A DNA stretch of 63,526 nucleotides, counting the filler, from Lenisia limosa (lineage: Eukaryota; Protista; Breviatea): assembly GCA_001655205.1 (NCBI GenBank). It is 19 parts of 19 records of this genome, joined end to end, with 100 filler letters (N's around TTAATTAATTAA, not from the genome) between each part and the next. Parts side by side here need not be neighbours in the genome. Positions count along the whole stretch, not along the records: positions 54,483 to 58,921 come from LPNZ01011313.1; positions 59,022 to 60,800 come from LPNZ01002683.1; positions 60,901 to 62,286 come from LPNZ01005656.1; positions 62,387 to 63,526 come from LPNZ01002807.1; 15 more parts are not named here. One strand, written 5' to 3'. Position numbers and translations under genes: made by a program. Below the pieces are notes generated by a model. It did no database searches, was not told the DNA's origin, and saw nothing but the letters and a program-made list of their open reading frames with translations. This document shows positions 54,484 to 63,526 of the stretch, piece after piece (the stretch's first letter is position 1; each line of letters starts with the position of its first letter).

Positions 54484-57400
54484 GTGTTATTGAGACGTGT
54501 GGTCCTCCAACAAAACCTTCTTGATGACACTGTTGGGGGAGTATTCAGTACACTACAGCGCATGACTTGGGAGTCTTGTGAAAACGTTTGGATTTCCCTT
54601 ATTTTACATGGGAATCCCATGGAATTTTTTGGAATTCCAAGTTGATGCGCGTTGTGTACCATTTCAACAAGAGCCAGATACACCTCTATTTTTGTCTACT
54701 TCATCTAGGGCTTCACTTGGGTTCGAAAAAAGGCTGAATTGTCGATAAATCCTCGAAAATTATCGATGTTTTACCAGTATTGTTCGAGCCGAATTGAAGC
54801 CCTAACTTCAACATTGTTCCTCAATTCCTCACTGTTTCAGCACATACTGACAATAGTATGTATTTATTTAATGAACTCTTTTGCGGACATACATGTACCT
54901 TATAAGTTTGTATCTGACAGAAGCGCATATCATACCATACATGTATTATATGTATATAAATTATTTCATTTTACAGATCATATATTTCACCCCCTCACCA
55001 TTTCAGCACACTCTGTCCAAAGCTTACTCCTCCGGGGACCTCTCATCATTCTTCTTCCATCACCCCACACCAGCTGACTCTAATCTTAATTTGAGTTTTA
55101 AAGTGGGTTAGACTTTTGGTTCCCCGGGAGTCATAATTCTAAAATTTGGGAAGAGTAATAGTACCAAAATGCAAGCATATTGCCCCCCCTCCCCTGGTCA
55201 ACAACACTGAGGTTTTTTTTTTTTGTTNNNNNNNNNNNNNNNNNNNNNNNNNNNNNNNNNNNNNNNNNNNNNNNNNNNNNNNNNNNNNNNNNNNNNNNNN
55301 NNNNNNNNNNNNNNNNNNNNNNNNGTGTGTTATTAGCCAACATGGGCTTCTTTTTTTGTTTGTTTTGTTTCCTCCTCCCCCCCTCCCATCATCCAAATAG
55401 CCTCGGGAGGAGAAGCAGCAGCTTTCCGTTTCCAACCGCATCAGCCCTATACCTTGTGTGGTTCCCTACGGTATGGGGCATTTGTGATGTTGAGAATATT
55501 CATAGCTATATATAATACACTATATCATATAATATAATATATATATACTATATTTCCAGTTCCGGTGTTACGAAGACCGGACCTAAAAGTCGGATTCTTA
55601 GAGAACTGAAAATTCCTGTTCCGAACCGGTAGTGAAGCTTTCATATAAACAACATTGCGTATAGCAATGAGAAATATAAAAAAACAAGGTTGTATTTGGC
55701 GGAAGTAGTCATTCTATAAGTAAAATCATTCTTTTCCCCACCCCTTCCATTAGCTATTCTCGTCTTTCATTTGATAATCACATATTTCACCCTTTTCCCG
55801 ACACATCATAGGAATGAATTGGGATGAAGTTACCCTACCCTGTCATTTGATTATCACTCTTCCCCTCTCTCCTCCCCACCCTTCATTTTCTTATAGGCAT
55901 GAGATGGGATGAAATTATTGACGTCATCATGAGGCTTGACAACTTGTCGGAAACGTGGGGGGAGGGTTACTTTGTATGGTGACTAAGGCTTCCCTGCGGT
56001 CCGAAAAAGTCCCTTTAAATATCGATATTTATCGTGGATTATCTAGAAATTTAGTCTTTTTTTGGGACCATAGGGAATCCCTAATAATGATATTTAGGGA
56101 TTGGGGAGGGGAGGTGGTCGATTCTATGTTTACTTGATTTTATTATTTTACTGCTCTCTCTCTAACCCAACCCAGCAAATCCCAGCAAATCCTCCAAAAT
56201 AATGACGTGTTCACCCGGAACCAAGCCAACATTATCATGGCCTTCATTGACCAGCCGTCCGATAGTCTAGCCGAGTTCTGCCGACAATTGATCCGAATTC
56301 AGTCCGATGATGTGGCAAAGTGGATTGAATTCGCAGCCAGGCCTCACATACAACGTGGGTTTGTAATTTATTTCTATTTATTATTCCTATTTTATTATTT
56401 GTGTTGCTGTTTTGTTTTATTTATTTCTTGTTATGGATTACTTTATGTTTTTTTTTTTTTTTCTGAGTTTGTTTTGATAACAGAACAGGCGAGCTTNNNN
56501 NNNNNNNNNNNNNNNNNNNNNNNNNNNNNNNNNNNNNNNNNNNNNNNNNNNNNNNNNNNNNNNNNNNNNNNNNNNNNNNNNNNNNNNNNNNNNNNNNNNN
56601 NNNNNNNNNNNNNNNNNNNNNNNNNNTCTCTGATATCATTCTTTGAGGCGATTGGTCTTTGGAGGGTTGAGGGTAGCTGGTACTCGACGGAAGCATAAGG
56701 ACCTTTGTACGGTAGCGAAACGACTTGGGCTACAAGGGAATGCTTTTGTTTGGGTACAGAAGCTTTTAGCCTTTTTAACTGGTCTCAGCCCAGTGCGTGA
56801 ATTTGAAATAAGCCTTGTTGTCATGCAGGCAATCGAGGGTCTATGTCCTCATATAGCGGTGCAGGCTCTGGTTGCCATGCATCTAAAAATTGCAGATGAA
56901 ATGCTAACAAATAGTTAAAGTACCACGTAGCTTACTGCGTAGGCGAACGTCCTGAAGAGGTAAGACTCATCCGGATCACAGCGGACCCGGACCAACCCCT
57001 TTTCGGCCAGATTGTATAATAAGTAATTTGCTTGAAATAAGCCTAATTCGCACGCAGGCAATCGAGGGCCAAAGTCCTCATATAACCGTGCAGGCTTTGG
57101 TTGCCATGCATCTAAAAATAAAAACTGCAGAAAAAAAGCTTCCAAATAATTACAGGGCCACACAGCGTATTGCGTAGGCGAACGCACTGAAGAGGCAAAC
57201 CCCATCTGAAAATGGAGGCTGCGGTCTCTGGTTGTCCTTGCCAACATGATAAGGCAGAAGACGCCTAATGAATACGTTGCAGTCCTTTTCGCTTGTAATG
57301 TACCCGGGGCAGGCACAAGAAAATAACTAAATTGCGAAATTGCGAAATAAAAGTATAATCCGGCTTCTGATTTTCAGGTAAAGTGGGGTGAGGGGATCAA

Positions 57401-58846
57401 GCAAGATTATTGCACATACAGGGTCCGTCGTGGGATGACCAATATTCTTCATCGAAATTTCCTTCTTTTTACCCCCCAATTTATGGCCTGGGCTTTGGTT
57501 ATCAACCNNNNNNNNNNNNNNNNNNNNNNNNNNNNNNNNNNNNNNNNNNNNNNNNNNNNNNNNNNNNNNNNNNNNNNNNNNNNNNNNNNNNNNNNNNNNN
57601 NNNNNNNNNTCTCCCTGTTAGCCCGGATGTAACGGTTGTCAGTTTTGCAGTCATTTCCTCAATTATCGCCAATGCCACAATGGGAGTGAGTGGGTTTTCG
57701 TTTTAGAACAAAAAAAAGACATGCGCAACATAGCGCTAAATATGTGTTATATTTAGGATATAAACGTGCAATTAAGTGAAAAAAGGATTGCAATGATTGC
57801 AAAATTTGAAATGCGATATATTGTAATGTAAACTCAATTTCAGACAATTTAATTTCAAATTTCAATTAATTTCTTCAAAAATCAATTGTACAGAGCTTTA
57901 GTTATATTCAACAAAAATTTTATGCTTCTCAAATTCAAGCACACAGAGTGTTTTGGGCTTCTTTTTTTTTTTCTCACAAATATTTCCTCCCCAGATATCA
58001 GAACTCCTCACAATGACTGTTTGCGATCCCTCTCTGTTTCTTCTCTTAACAGAAACAGTCAATTTACTAGGAGTAAATAATGTAGGGGGTTGCCGTTTGG
58101 GCTTCATTTCTTTTAGAAAAAAACTGCTAAACTATTGATTGAGAAACTCAGTCTTTTGTTCAAACCGAAGTGAAGCCCTTGTTGCTATTTCATTCTTAAA
58201 CAGATATTGCCCACACCCTTGGTGTAAACACAAAAAGCTTGTTCAGCCCCTAATCCTCTTCCCCTTTTAGACACTTGCCGACTCAATCTCCAAGGTCAGT
58301 GCTGCATTCAAGTTCGAAAACAGATTGTAGGGGGGGGGGGNNNNNNNNNNNNNNNNNNNNNNNNNNNNNNNNNNNNNNNNNNNNNNNNNNNNNNNNNNNN
58401 NNNNNNNNNNNNNNNNNNNNNNNNNNNNNNNCACTCAAATTTCAACTTACCTAAATAGGCAAGTTTATTCCATGATCCCTGAACTCCAATACGCACTCAC
58501 CCTAATTCGCTGTGAACTTACAGGACAAACAGAGTCATCATCACAGGTAATGGGTTTTTTTTTGATAGCATTAAATATGAACTTAAAATACCACAGTCTA
58601 TATTAGCGGGATTCCTGACGAGCCTTAACTGTTGAAAGAAAAAAAACCGAACATATATATGTACTCCTTCAGGTACCTTAAACAAATTCCAANNNNNNNN
58701 NNNNNNNNNNNNNNNNNNNNNNNNNNNNNNNNNNNNNNNNNNNNNNNNNNNNNNNNNNNNNNNNNTTTGACAAATTACCTGATCTTTTTCCAAAAGAATT
58801 CGCTCAGGCCTCCCGCACCTTCTTAGATGAACCAGGTTGGGCATCT
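54484..58846 (+). CDS. Hypothetical multi-exon protein (partial)
   Basis: Exons HTLSKAYSSGDLSSFFFHHP..., GMRWDEIIDVIMRLDNLSET, DVFTRNQANIIMAFIDQPSDSLAEFCRQLIRIQ..., KLPDLFPKEFAQASRTFLDEP. Confidence 0.55.
54706..54804. mobile_element. hAT-type MITE-A
   Basis: Flanks ACTTCATC / ACTTCAAC (7/8). Confidence 0.92.
55984..56083. mobile_element. hAT-type MITE-A (A2 subfamily)
   Basis: TAAGGCTTCCCTGCGGTCCG...TAGGGAATCCCTA; flanks ATGGTGAC / ATAATGAT (5/8). Confidence 0.82.
56800..57190. repeat. ~230-bp-period direct repeat (two diverged copies)
   Basis: GCAGGCAATCGAGGG..GTCCTCATATA..GTGCAGGCT..GGTTGCCATGCATCTAAAAAT...TGCGTAGGCGAACG..CTGAAGAGG at ~56825 and ~57055. Confidence 0.85.
57754..57900. 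mobile_element. hAT-type MITE-F
   Basis: Degenerate termini but a perfect 8-bp TSD, GTTATATT; shares the AAACTCAATTTCAGAC core. Confidence 0.78.
58097..58180. mobile_element. hAT-type MITE-A
   Basis: Flanks GTTGCCGT / GTTGCTAT (6/8). Confidence 0.82.
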
Positions 58847-59125
58847 TTTGGAATTTGGAGGGGGTGGTGGTATATGCATATATCATATACACACTACACT
58901 TATTTTGATTAATTACACTGGNNNNNNNNNNNNNNNNNNNNNNNNNNNNNNNNNNNNNNNNNNNNTTAATTAATTAANNNNNNNNNNNNNNNNNNNNNNN
59001 NNNNNNNNNNNNNNNNNNNNNGGTATAACTGTACCCCCACACCCCTCCCTAAGCAAGGTATAACTGTACCCCCCACACCATCACAAAATACATCAATATT
59101 CCCCCACACACACATGCACATATAA

Positions 59126-59700
59126 AACACCCCTCCCCCAACAGTGAAGTTTTGTCTTTTGCTATTGAGCTTCAGAACTTTCATGGCTGCAGAAGCTACG
59201 TCAACTTCTAGTACCTGGGGAGGGAGGGAGTAAGATTGGAAAATTTATGAAACAAAAAAGCCCAAAATCAACTCTGTTGGCTGATAACACACGAGGGTTG
59301 ATAACAACAAACAAACAAAGCGCAGGTAATATTGATGTAGTTTACTGTGGTAGTGTGTGTGGGAGGGTACAATTATGACTTCACTTCTTCGGGAAAATAT
59401 CGATGGTTTTCGAGAATTTATCGAGAAATTCAGTCTTGTTTCAAACCGAAGTGAAGCCTTAATGTACTTACACTGTGTGTAGGAGAGGGAGAGGGAGTTA
59501 TTAGAATATATAGCCAGGATTCACAGTGGGATGGGGGAGGTAATATGTGGCGGTTATACATTGGGCTCTATTTTGAAGAGGAGAAGGGATCTTGCGTATC
59601 TTACATAAATCACGCCAACCTTGAGAATGCGTTTGCTCTTGGCACATAATGCTGTGGTTTGATAGAGGTCCGTATTCAGCTCCTGAATCCTTCCCATTGC
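59126..59700 (-). CDS. Hypothetical protein fragment
   Basis: Exon VLEVDVASAAMKVLKLNSKRQNFT bounded by CCCAG and GTTGGGG; the upstream exon frame is uncertain. Confidence 0.4.
59216..59325 (-). repeat. Module B
   Basis: Near-consensus copy ending at the acceptor CCCAG|GTA. Confidence 0.9.
59374..59461. mobile_element. MITE-A
   Basis: Reversed core; ends CCGAAGTGAAGCCTTA. Confidence 0.8.
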
Positions 59701-59761
59701 CCCAACTAGGATGTAACAAAAAAAAACGAAAAAAGATAAATCTTATCAGAATTCTCATAGC

Positions 59762-59861
59762 AAGAGCTTCACTTTCGGTTCCAAAAGACCGACAAAATTT
59801 CGATTTTTCTCAAGGATTCATTGATAATTCAGTCTTTTTTGGAACCGAAAGTGAAGCTCTA
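59762..59861. mobile_element. MITE-A
   Basis: AGAGCTTCACTTTCGGTTCC...GGAACCGAAAGTGAAGCTCT. Confidence 0.85.
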
Positions 59862-60437
59862 ATAAATATCGACATCACGGCGGTTGGGAACCAAAGTCCC
59901 GATTTTGACTATCCTCAAAATAATGTATTATTAAATATGCTATCTCAGGGATGAGAGCAGCTTGAAGAGTACTCAAATAAGGACGGTCGTTTTAGGCTAC
60001 GATCGATTTTTCAACAGTAGTCTACATTGATTTCTTCTTGGAGCTCGCCTTAGCCGCCAAAATACACGTTAACATGAAACAAATATTCAAAGAATAGCCA
60101 AGAAGGATATTATCACTTGCTTTTCGAGAACACTTTGAAATTTGTAGTTCTACATGCTTCCTTCATCTCTCTTCAGGAAAAATATGATTAAAGTTGTTCA
60201 CACAGATTAACATTCAATCGTGTGTTCCAATTATGGTTGAAAAGCGGAAAAACTTATTCTCAAATCCGAGCCTAAAATATTACCGATTTCGAGACTTAGG
60301 TTCCCATCCCCTTGATCGACATATCCTCCATTAATTCATATTATGTACCTTTGCCGCTCAGCTACTAACAATACGAAAAATAGCAAATAGCGATAAATCC
60401 TCACGAAGCCCTCGAAAAAATATTGATATATGATATG

Positions 60438-60538
60438 TAGGGCTGGCTTCCCTACTCCAAAAAAGACTTAATTTTTCGATAAATTCCCGATAAATATCGA
60501 TATTTTGACGGTCTTTTTCAGACCGCAGGAAAGCCCTC
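60438..60538. mobile_element. hAT-type MITE-A (A2 subfamily)
   Basis: 101 bp with a perfect 8-bp TSD, ATGATATG (60430-60437 and 60539-60546). Confidence 0.92.
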
Positions 60539-61029
60539 ATGATATGTAATAAATCCATTGCAAATGTTGAAAAACCAATGAATAGATATGATATTCTTCA
60601 TTCCCCTATCCCTAGCTCACCAAGGTGGCCCAAGACGTCATTATAAGAGCCCGTAATGTTATTGTGCTTTATTCCCCCATCCCTAGACTCAAGAAAGCCC
60701 AAGACGTCCCACCAAGGTCATTATAGGAGCCCATAATATTGTTGTGAAGCCTCGAGGCGACGACATGCAGTTGTTGAGCGTAAAGATCAGCAGAAGCCTC
60801 NNNNNNNNNNNNNNNNNNNNNNNNNNNNNNNNNNNNNNNNNNNNTTAATTAATTAANNNNNNNNNNNNNNNNNNNNNNNNNNNNNNNNNNNNNNNNNNNN
60901 CTCCCTACACACACTTTACTCCCGACACTCTGGAAAGACCGGTGAAACATCAATAGTTATCGAGGTTTTCTCGAAAAATCGGGGTTTTTTGTAAATGATG
61001 TGAAACAGTCCATCAACAAACACCCTTCC

Positions 61030-62222
61030 CCACTTTACTACCACCACTCCATGGGCGTTCGCTTTCGCCGTCATAAACAAGCCAGCTGCCCTCGTCAAAG
61101 CTTGCTGGATGGGCAATGCTTGGTTCATCTCGAACCGGCGCTCCCGTTCTGGGGGGGGGGGGAGNNNNNNNNNNNNNNNNNNNNNNNNNNNNNNNNNNNN
61201 NNNNNNNNNNNNNNNNNNNNNNNNNNNNNNNNNNNNNNNNNNNNNNNNNNNNNNNNNNNNNNNNNNNNNNNNNNNNNNNNNNNNNNNNNNNNNNNNNNNN
61301 NNNNNNNNNNNNNNNNNNNNNNNNNNNNNNNNNNNNNNNNNNNNNNNNNNNNNNNNNNNNNNNNNNNNNNNNNNNNNNNNNNNNNNNNNNNNNNNNNNNN
61401 NNNNNNNNNNNNNNNNNNGAACCGAATAATCTGAAACTCCAAATAAACAAACAAAAGCAATAACAAAAGAGGGGGTGAGGGGAATAAAAAAATTGGAGAA
61501 ACGAGGTAATGGATAAAAATGCTGGGATATGAAAGGGTAGAGCTTCACTTCGGTTCGAATACCGTTTAAATATCGATAATTTTCGAAGATTAATCGAGAA
61601 ATTCAGTCTTTTTTTGAACCTAAGTGAGGCCCTAGTCTTACATTCAAGGAAAGGTCTATGATGCTTCTTGCTATTGATGATGTTTGCTCAAGGTTGAAGT
61701 TGTGCTCCTGGGGGGGGGGGGGNNNNNNNNNNNNNNNNNNNNNNNNNNNNNNNNNNNNNNNNNNNNNNNNNNNNNNNNNNNNNNNNNNNNNNNNNNNNNN
61801 NNNNNNNNNNNNNNNNNNNNNNNNNNNNNNNNNNNNNNNNNNTCGTTGAACCAACCTTTCAATAATTTTTTTTGTTTCACCTCTCTCTTACAATATCATA
61901 CAACATACCCCACCTCCTCTTGGCGTCTACGCACTAACTCCAATTGCGCCAACTGCTGTGCGGCAACTAAATCGTCAGTTCGCACCCCCGCGGCTCTGAT
62001 GGCTCTTTAAATGTGTCTATCTTATCGGAATAACGAGCCAATCTGATTGTATCAATGTGCCAATCTTAGTTTTTTAATGATCAGGGAATACAGACTATAT
62101 CCTACAATATTTATTATCATTGTAATATGATGTCAATAAACCAGCGTACTAATCCCATCATGTTCTTTACGAGTAGTAGCCTTGAGCATTTCCTCTCTTC
62201 GTGTTTGCTCCTCCTCATCCTG
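61030..62222 (-). CDS. Hypothetical coiled-coil-like protein fragment
   Basis: Exons DEEEQTRREEMLKATT, AIRAAGVRTDDLVAAQQLAQLELVRRRQEE, EHNFNLEQTSSIARSIIDLSLN, ERERRFEMNQALPIQQAL. Confidence 0.55.
61538..61634. mobile_element. hAT-type MITE-A
   Basis: 7 nt inside the minus-strand donor at 61641. Confidence 0.88.
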
Positions 62223-62449
62223 AGGCGTAAAAAGAATGTGTGCACAAATGAGAAATAAAAATAAGGTTGCATCTGGCCGAAGCCGTNNNNNNNNNNNNNN
62301 NNNNNNNNNNNNNNNNNNNNNNNNNNNNNNTTAATTAATTAANNNNNNNNNNNNNNNNNNNNNNNNNNNNNNNNNNNNNNNNNNNNGGGGGGGGGGTGTA
62401 ATAGGGTGAAATAGATTGGTAGTTGAGGTGAGTAGATGGGTTGGGTCTT

Positions 62450-63042
62450 ACCTTTTGGCTGAGGCTGGTCGACTCTGCAAAGAGGCTTTTGACGCTTGCT
62501 GGAAAATAAACAGTTGAAAAAACAAAGCAAAAAAATATAATTAAATAAGTTGCTTAATGGTATCCCAATGTATTTATTTGTTTCCCCAAATACTCCTTTG
62601 TTTTCAATAACAAATCTATACAGACTGGGATAAGTATTGACCGATTTTCCTTGGGAAATCACATAACAAATCAGTCAAGACTTATCGTCGACGACTAACC
62701 ATAACATTGTATTATTATAAAATTAGTCTCCACACCTGGGTAAATTCGGTATCTCCCTCGTCATTGTCAATTTCAACATCACTTTCAGCCTCAATGAAAT
62801 CCGTGACGCATCTACGGGGGTAAGCATCTAATAGATGTTTGGGGGGGGGGGGGANNNNNNNNNNNNNNNNNNNNNNNNNNNNNNNNNNNNNNNNNNNNNN
62901 NNNNNNNNNNNNNNNNNNNNNNNNNNNNNNNNNNNNNNNNNNNNNNNNNNNNNNNNNNNNNNTGCCAACTTACCTGGTAAACACAAGGCTGTCCTTGACG
63001 ATGTCCCAATCCTAAAAATGGTGAAACAAAAACAAAAAGAAA

Positions 63043-63118
<76 letters not shown>

Positions 63119-63526
63119 AAGGTTCTTGTTGATGAATATGATGGTGCGCCCCTCATCCTAACCAGAGTTTGGTTGATCACTCTACTTGGTTTTATTAAAG
63201 CATAACAATATCGTCCATATTCATGGAGGATTTATCGGCGTTTTTACGCATTCTCCTCGATCTATGCCGACTTAATTATTGCATAACAAAGATAAATCTA
63301 TGAAGCCTTAATCATTCCAAAACAAAGAGAAATCTAAAAAGCCTTAATCATTCCATAACAAAGAAAAATTTTCGAAAAAAAATAAATATATTCTGTTTAG
63401 TTCGTACATTCTTTTATTGTCCAATTCTCATCTTATCCCCTCACCCAGCTCCTCCCAGGGCTGGCTTGTTGTGTAGCCCATTGTACTAATACGGTCCATG
63501 AAGCGGGCATAACGGCAACCAATATG
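62450..63526 (-). CDS. Hypothetical protein fragment
   Basis: Exons DWDIVKDSLVFTR|CVTDFIEAESDVEIDNDEGDTEFTQ and SVKSLFAESTSLSQK. Confidence 0.5.
63036..63120. repeat. (GAAA)n/(GA)n microsatellite, a polypyrimidine tract on the minus strand
   Basis: Directly visible. Confidence 0.95.

Larger units (their letters stand above)
3084..62386. other. 18 artificial scaffold linkers (N44-TTAATTAATTAA-N44)
   Basis: Six-frame-stop 12-mer embedded in N runs (44 N each side where counted) at 3128, 5307, 7847, 11588, 19893, 23555, 27957, 29538, 36162, 37572, 40016, 43969, 49622, 52034, 54427, 58966, 60845 and 62331. Confidence 0.98.

Noticed and set aside
63100-63165. Exon DEGRTIIFINKN with no GT donor (possible non-canonical intron)
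   Set aside because: It abuts a microsatellite prone to mis-assembly and its frame is uncertain; too weak to claim.
1-63526. Gene neighbourhood (EGF, MACPF, cyclase, TM proteins) as a functional cluster
   Set aside because: The genes lie on separate scaffolds joined artificially, so adjacency carries no information.

Overview
This is draft eukaryotic DNA from an intron-rich, flagellated microbial eukaryote using the standard genetic code. It is not one locus: it is 19 short scaffolds joined by 18 artificial 100-nt linkers (N44-TTAATTAATTAA-N44), so gene order across linkers means nothing. Exons were rebuilt by eye from GT-AG boundaries. Recognisable genes, mostly partial, are a Ca-binding EGF-repeat protein, a SEL1-repeat membrane protein, a WD40 protein, a DLEC1/CFAP81-like ciliary protein, an ankyrin-repeat protein, a MACPF+EGF perforin-like protein, two multi-pass membrane proteins, an ion-channel-type class III adenylyl cyclase and two pogo-type (DDE_1) transposase sequences, plus several hypothetical proteins. 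The most unusual signal is intron architecture. Long introns usually start GT+G-run and end C-run+AG. Two families of 130-150 nt modules (B and C) sit almost always in the sense orientation and usually directly against the 3' splice site of unrelated genes, which suggests an Introner-like or splice-site-targeted element. On top of this are about 25 copies of a ~100-nt hAT-type MITE (TAGGGCT termini, 8-bp TSDs), many within ~30 nt of 5' splice sites, a second hAT-type MITE family, and repeated tandem duplications of splice sites. All protein and family calls are motif recognition by eye; no database search was run.
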